The notes under the pieces are model-generated. The model made no database searches. It was given only the letters and a program-made list of their open reading frames with translations, and was not told the DNA's origin. Below, piece by piece: positions 61,946 through 64,000 of a stretch of DNA of 64,000 bases (its first letter is position 1; the number at the start of each line of letters is the position of its first letter). The DNA is from Macrostomum lignano (taxonomy: Eukaryota), in NCBI GenBank assembly GCA_002269645.1, contig NIVC01000818.1:1-64000 (forward strand). Reading direction: 5' to 3'. Both the position numbers and the translations under genes were made by a program.

Positions 61946-62699
61946 ATGCAGCACTCCGTGCACCTGATTGTCCTCCTATCCGTGCCTCTGGCTCTGCTGT
62001 TCCTGGTGGCGATGAGTCAGCCAAGTGTGCTGCATCACGGATACATCGGCTGCTTTGTTGACAGCAGCAGCAATAGAGATTTGAAAGGCCTGACTGGGTT
62101 GAAGACTATTGGACCTTTCACCGATAAGATAGAGTTCGCCTACTTTTTCAATGGATACACCGTCACCATCGAGAGCTGCAGCAGCCTCTGCGCCCTGGGC
62201 AGATTTCGCTACTTCGGTCTGCAGGCGGAAGCCTTCTGCTTCTGCGACAACAGTTACGGACTGCACGGAGCCGCTTCATCAGATTCTGAGTGTAACAAAG
62301 ACTGCGTTGGAAACAGCAGCCAGATTTGCGGCGGCTTCGATAGGAGCTCCATTTATGAGAACTTCTATGCGCCCGGTAAGAAAAGTTTCCTGGTCATTTA
62401 GCTGACGATTCCTGCATCTGCATTTTCTCAATTTGTGCTGCTGCTCAGAGACCGGCCTCTTCAAGCGCGTGGCCTCAACCAAGTCGATGCTCACCACCGC
62501 GGCCGGACAGACAGAGAACAGCACCTACTGGAGCCAGGAGGCCACGGTGACCTTCGAGTGCCTCGCCGCCTGCCACCGCAGCCCGGACTGCCTCGCCTGC
62601 GCCTTCGTGCAGTCCAGCCGGATGTGCCGGCTCCTGAGATTCGCCGCTGTGCCCAGCGAGGTCGCCAGCGAGGCCCAGTGGGTCTGGGTGAAGCCGTGA
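61946..62699 (+). CDS. Secreted WSC + PAN/Apple protein, copy 6 (exons 61946-62375, 62449-62699; 226 aa)
   Basis: Intact signal peptide, 8-Cys WSC, 73-nt phase-1 intron GTAAGA..GCTCAG, PAN core, AATAAA at 62729. Confidence 0.92.
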
Positions 62700-63098
62700 G
62701 CCTGTCTGACGACTGATAGTCTACCGTGAATAAACAAACATTAACAGTTACCAGCCCAGAACACGAACCTACAAAAGCTTATTTGTACTCGTATAAGTGA
62801 ACGAGGTTTTGAGACAGGAAAAATTGAAGCATCAAAAAGAACAGAACCTTTGCGGTCCCAGTTTACCACTGTAAGAACAAAATATTATAATAAATTCGAC
62901 TATTGAGCTATTTATCGCATTGCATAAAAGAAAATCGCATTTTATTGTTAGTTACTTTTTCATCCATTTTAGTATCTAAGTAGATATTGATCATGGAAAA
63001 TTCATTGATTTTGATCAATCAATTTAGTGTTCAATATTCCTGAATTTGCTAGTGTATAGTCGCCCCCAGCGGCAGCTCTGAGCGGTAGAAACCCACAT

Positions 63099-63285
63099 GA
63101 TGTAGCCTAGTGGTTGGAGCGGCGGACTCACAACTGAAAGATTGGGGGGGGGGGTTCAATTTCGACCTACTCTGGCGACCCCCCAGTCCTTGGACTGAAC
63201 ATCCCTACGCAGCCTTCAGATGCGCCGCGCAATAGCTGCGGCTGAGCTTTCGGTTGCACATCTGGCCATTAGGGTAGGTGCAAGA
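63099..63285 (+). mobile_element. tRNA-derived SINE with the CORE part deleted, inserted in the copy-6 duplication unit
   Basis: Head GATGTAGCCTAGTGGTTGGAGCGGCGGACTC plus the family 3' body. It is absent at the paralogous site near 55800. Degenerate flanking direct repeats AGAAACCCACAT and AGAAAAACATAT. Confidence 0.85.
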
Positions 63286-63484
63286 AAAACATATTGATAT
63301 GAGTTGCCATCTAGATCTCAAATGTCCGCAGAATCTGCTAACTGGCATCATCTATGATAGACATCACGTGTTTTAGGCTTAGCGACCTTGCTCCCCATCA
63401 ATCTTCCAACCAGCATTATTGTCATCGCCAAGGTCAGCAGGTGCTCATCATATTATTCCATTCCTGGGCAAATCAGCTGCCGCA

Positions 63485-64000
63485 TGCTGCATGCCTGGGT
63501 GAGCTCGAACTTGAGTCTGTCAGCTGACATGCATGCCTGGGTGAACTCAAACTTGAGTCTGTCAGCTGACATGCATGCCTGGGTGAGCTCGAACTTGAGT
63601 CTGTCAGCTGACATGCATGCCTGGGTGAGCTCGAACTTGAGTCTGTCAGCTGACATGCATGCCTGGGTGAGCTCGAACTTGAGTCTGTCAGCTGACATGC
63701 ATGCCTGGGTGAGCTCGAACTTGAGTCTGTCAGCTGACATGCATGCCTGGGTGAGCTCAAACTTGAGTCTGTCAGCTGACATGCTTGCCTGCGTGAGCTC
63801 GAACTTGAGTCTGTCAGCTGACATGCATGCCTGGGTGAGCTCGAACTTGAGTCTGTCAGCTGACATGCTTGCCTGCGTGAGCTCGAACTTGAGTCTGTCA
63901 GCTGACATGCATGCCTGGGTGAGCTCGAACTTGAGTCTGTCAGCTGACATGCATGCCTGGGTGAGCTCGAACTTGAGTCTGTCAGCTGACATGCATGCCT
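63485..64000. repeat. 42-nt minisatellite GCATGCCTGGGTGAGCTCGAACTTGAGTCTGTCAGCTGACAT (runs off the window)
   Basis: About 12 copies visible. One diverged copy sits at the paralogous site 56026-56063. Confidence 0.95.

Noticed and set aside
59494-64000. Repetitive ORFs (MQAAP.., MSADRLKFELTQAC..)
   Set aside because: These are minisatellite expansions of single-copy non-coding seeds present in the copy-5 unit.

Overview
Eukaryotic (metazoan) genomic DNA, not prokaryotic. It has GT-AG spliced genes with GC-rich exons, AT-rich introns, many minisatellites, tRNA-derived SINEs and (CCCTAA)n tracts. The style resembles the flatworm Macrostomum lignano (inference, not verified). The supplied ORF track is mostly repeat-derived or antisense noise, so gene models were rebuilt by hand from splice sites. 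The main feature is a co-oriented family of six two-exon genes (ATG at 8500, 36467, 47821, 51116, 54697, 61946) encoding small secreted signal peptide + WSC + PAN/Apple proteins. The WSC exon is highly variable, while about 108 nt of the PAN core is near-identical even at silent sites, and exons look patchwork. One copy has a late nonsense codon. Another has a 4-nt deletion exactly compensated by a mutated splice acceptor. Other genes: a short GRASP55/65 (minus strand, 3 exons), an ankyrin + MAP3K19/YSK4-like kinase (plus strand, 5 exons, with a triplicated splice acceptor), a SUMO-like-domain protein, a CD225/dispanin protein and an unidentified low-complexity gene. Mobile DNA includes two copies of a 3.3-3.6 kb Helitron-like composite carrying telomeric repeats, a tRNA-like head and a satellite. 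There are also smaller Helitron-like elements, CORE-type SINEs, a decayed Ngaro/DIRS retrotransposon and a MITE-like element.
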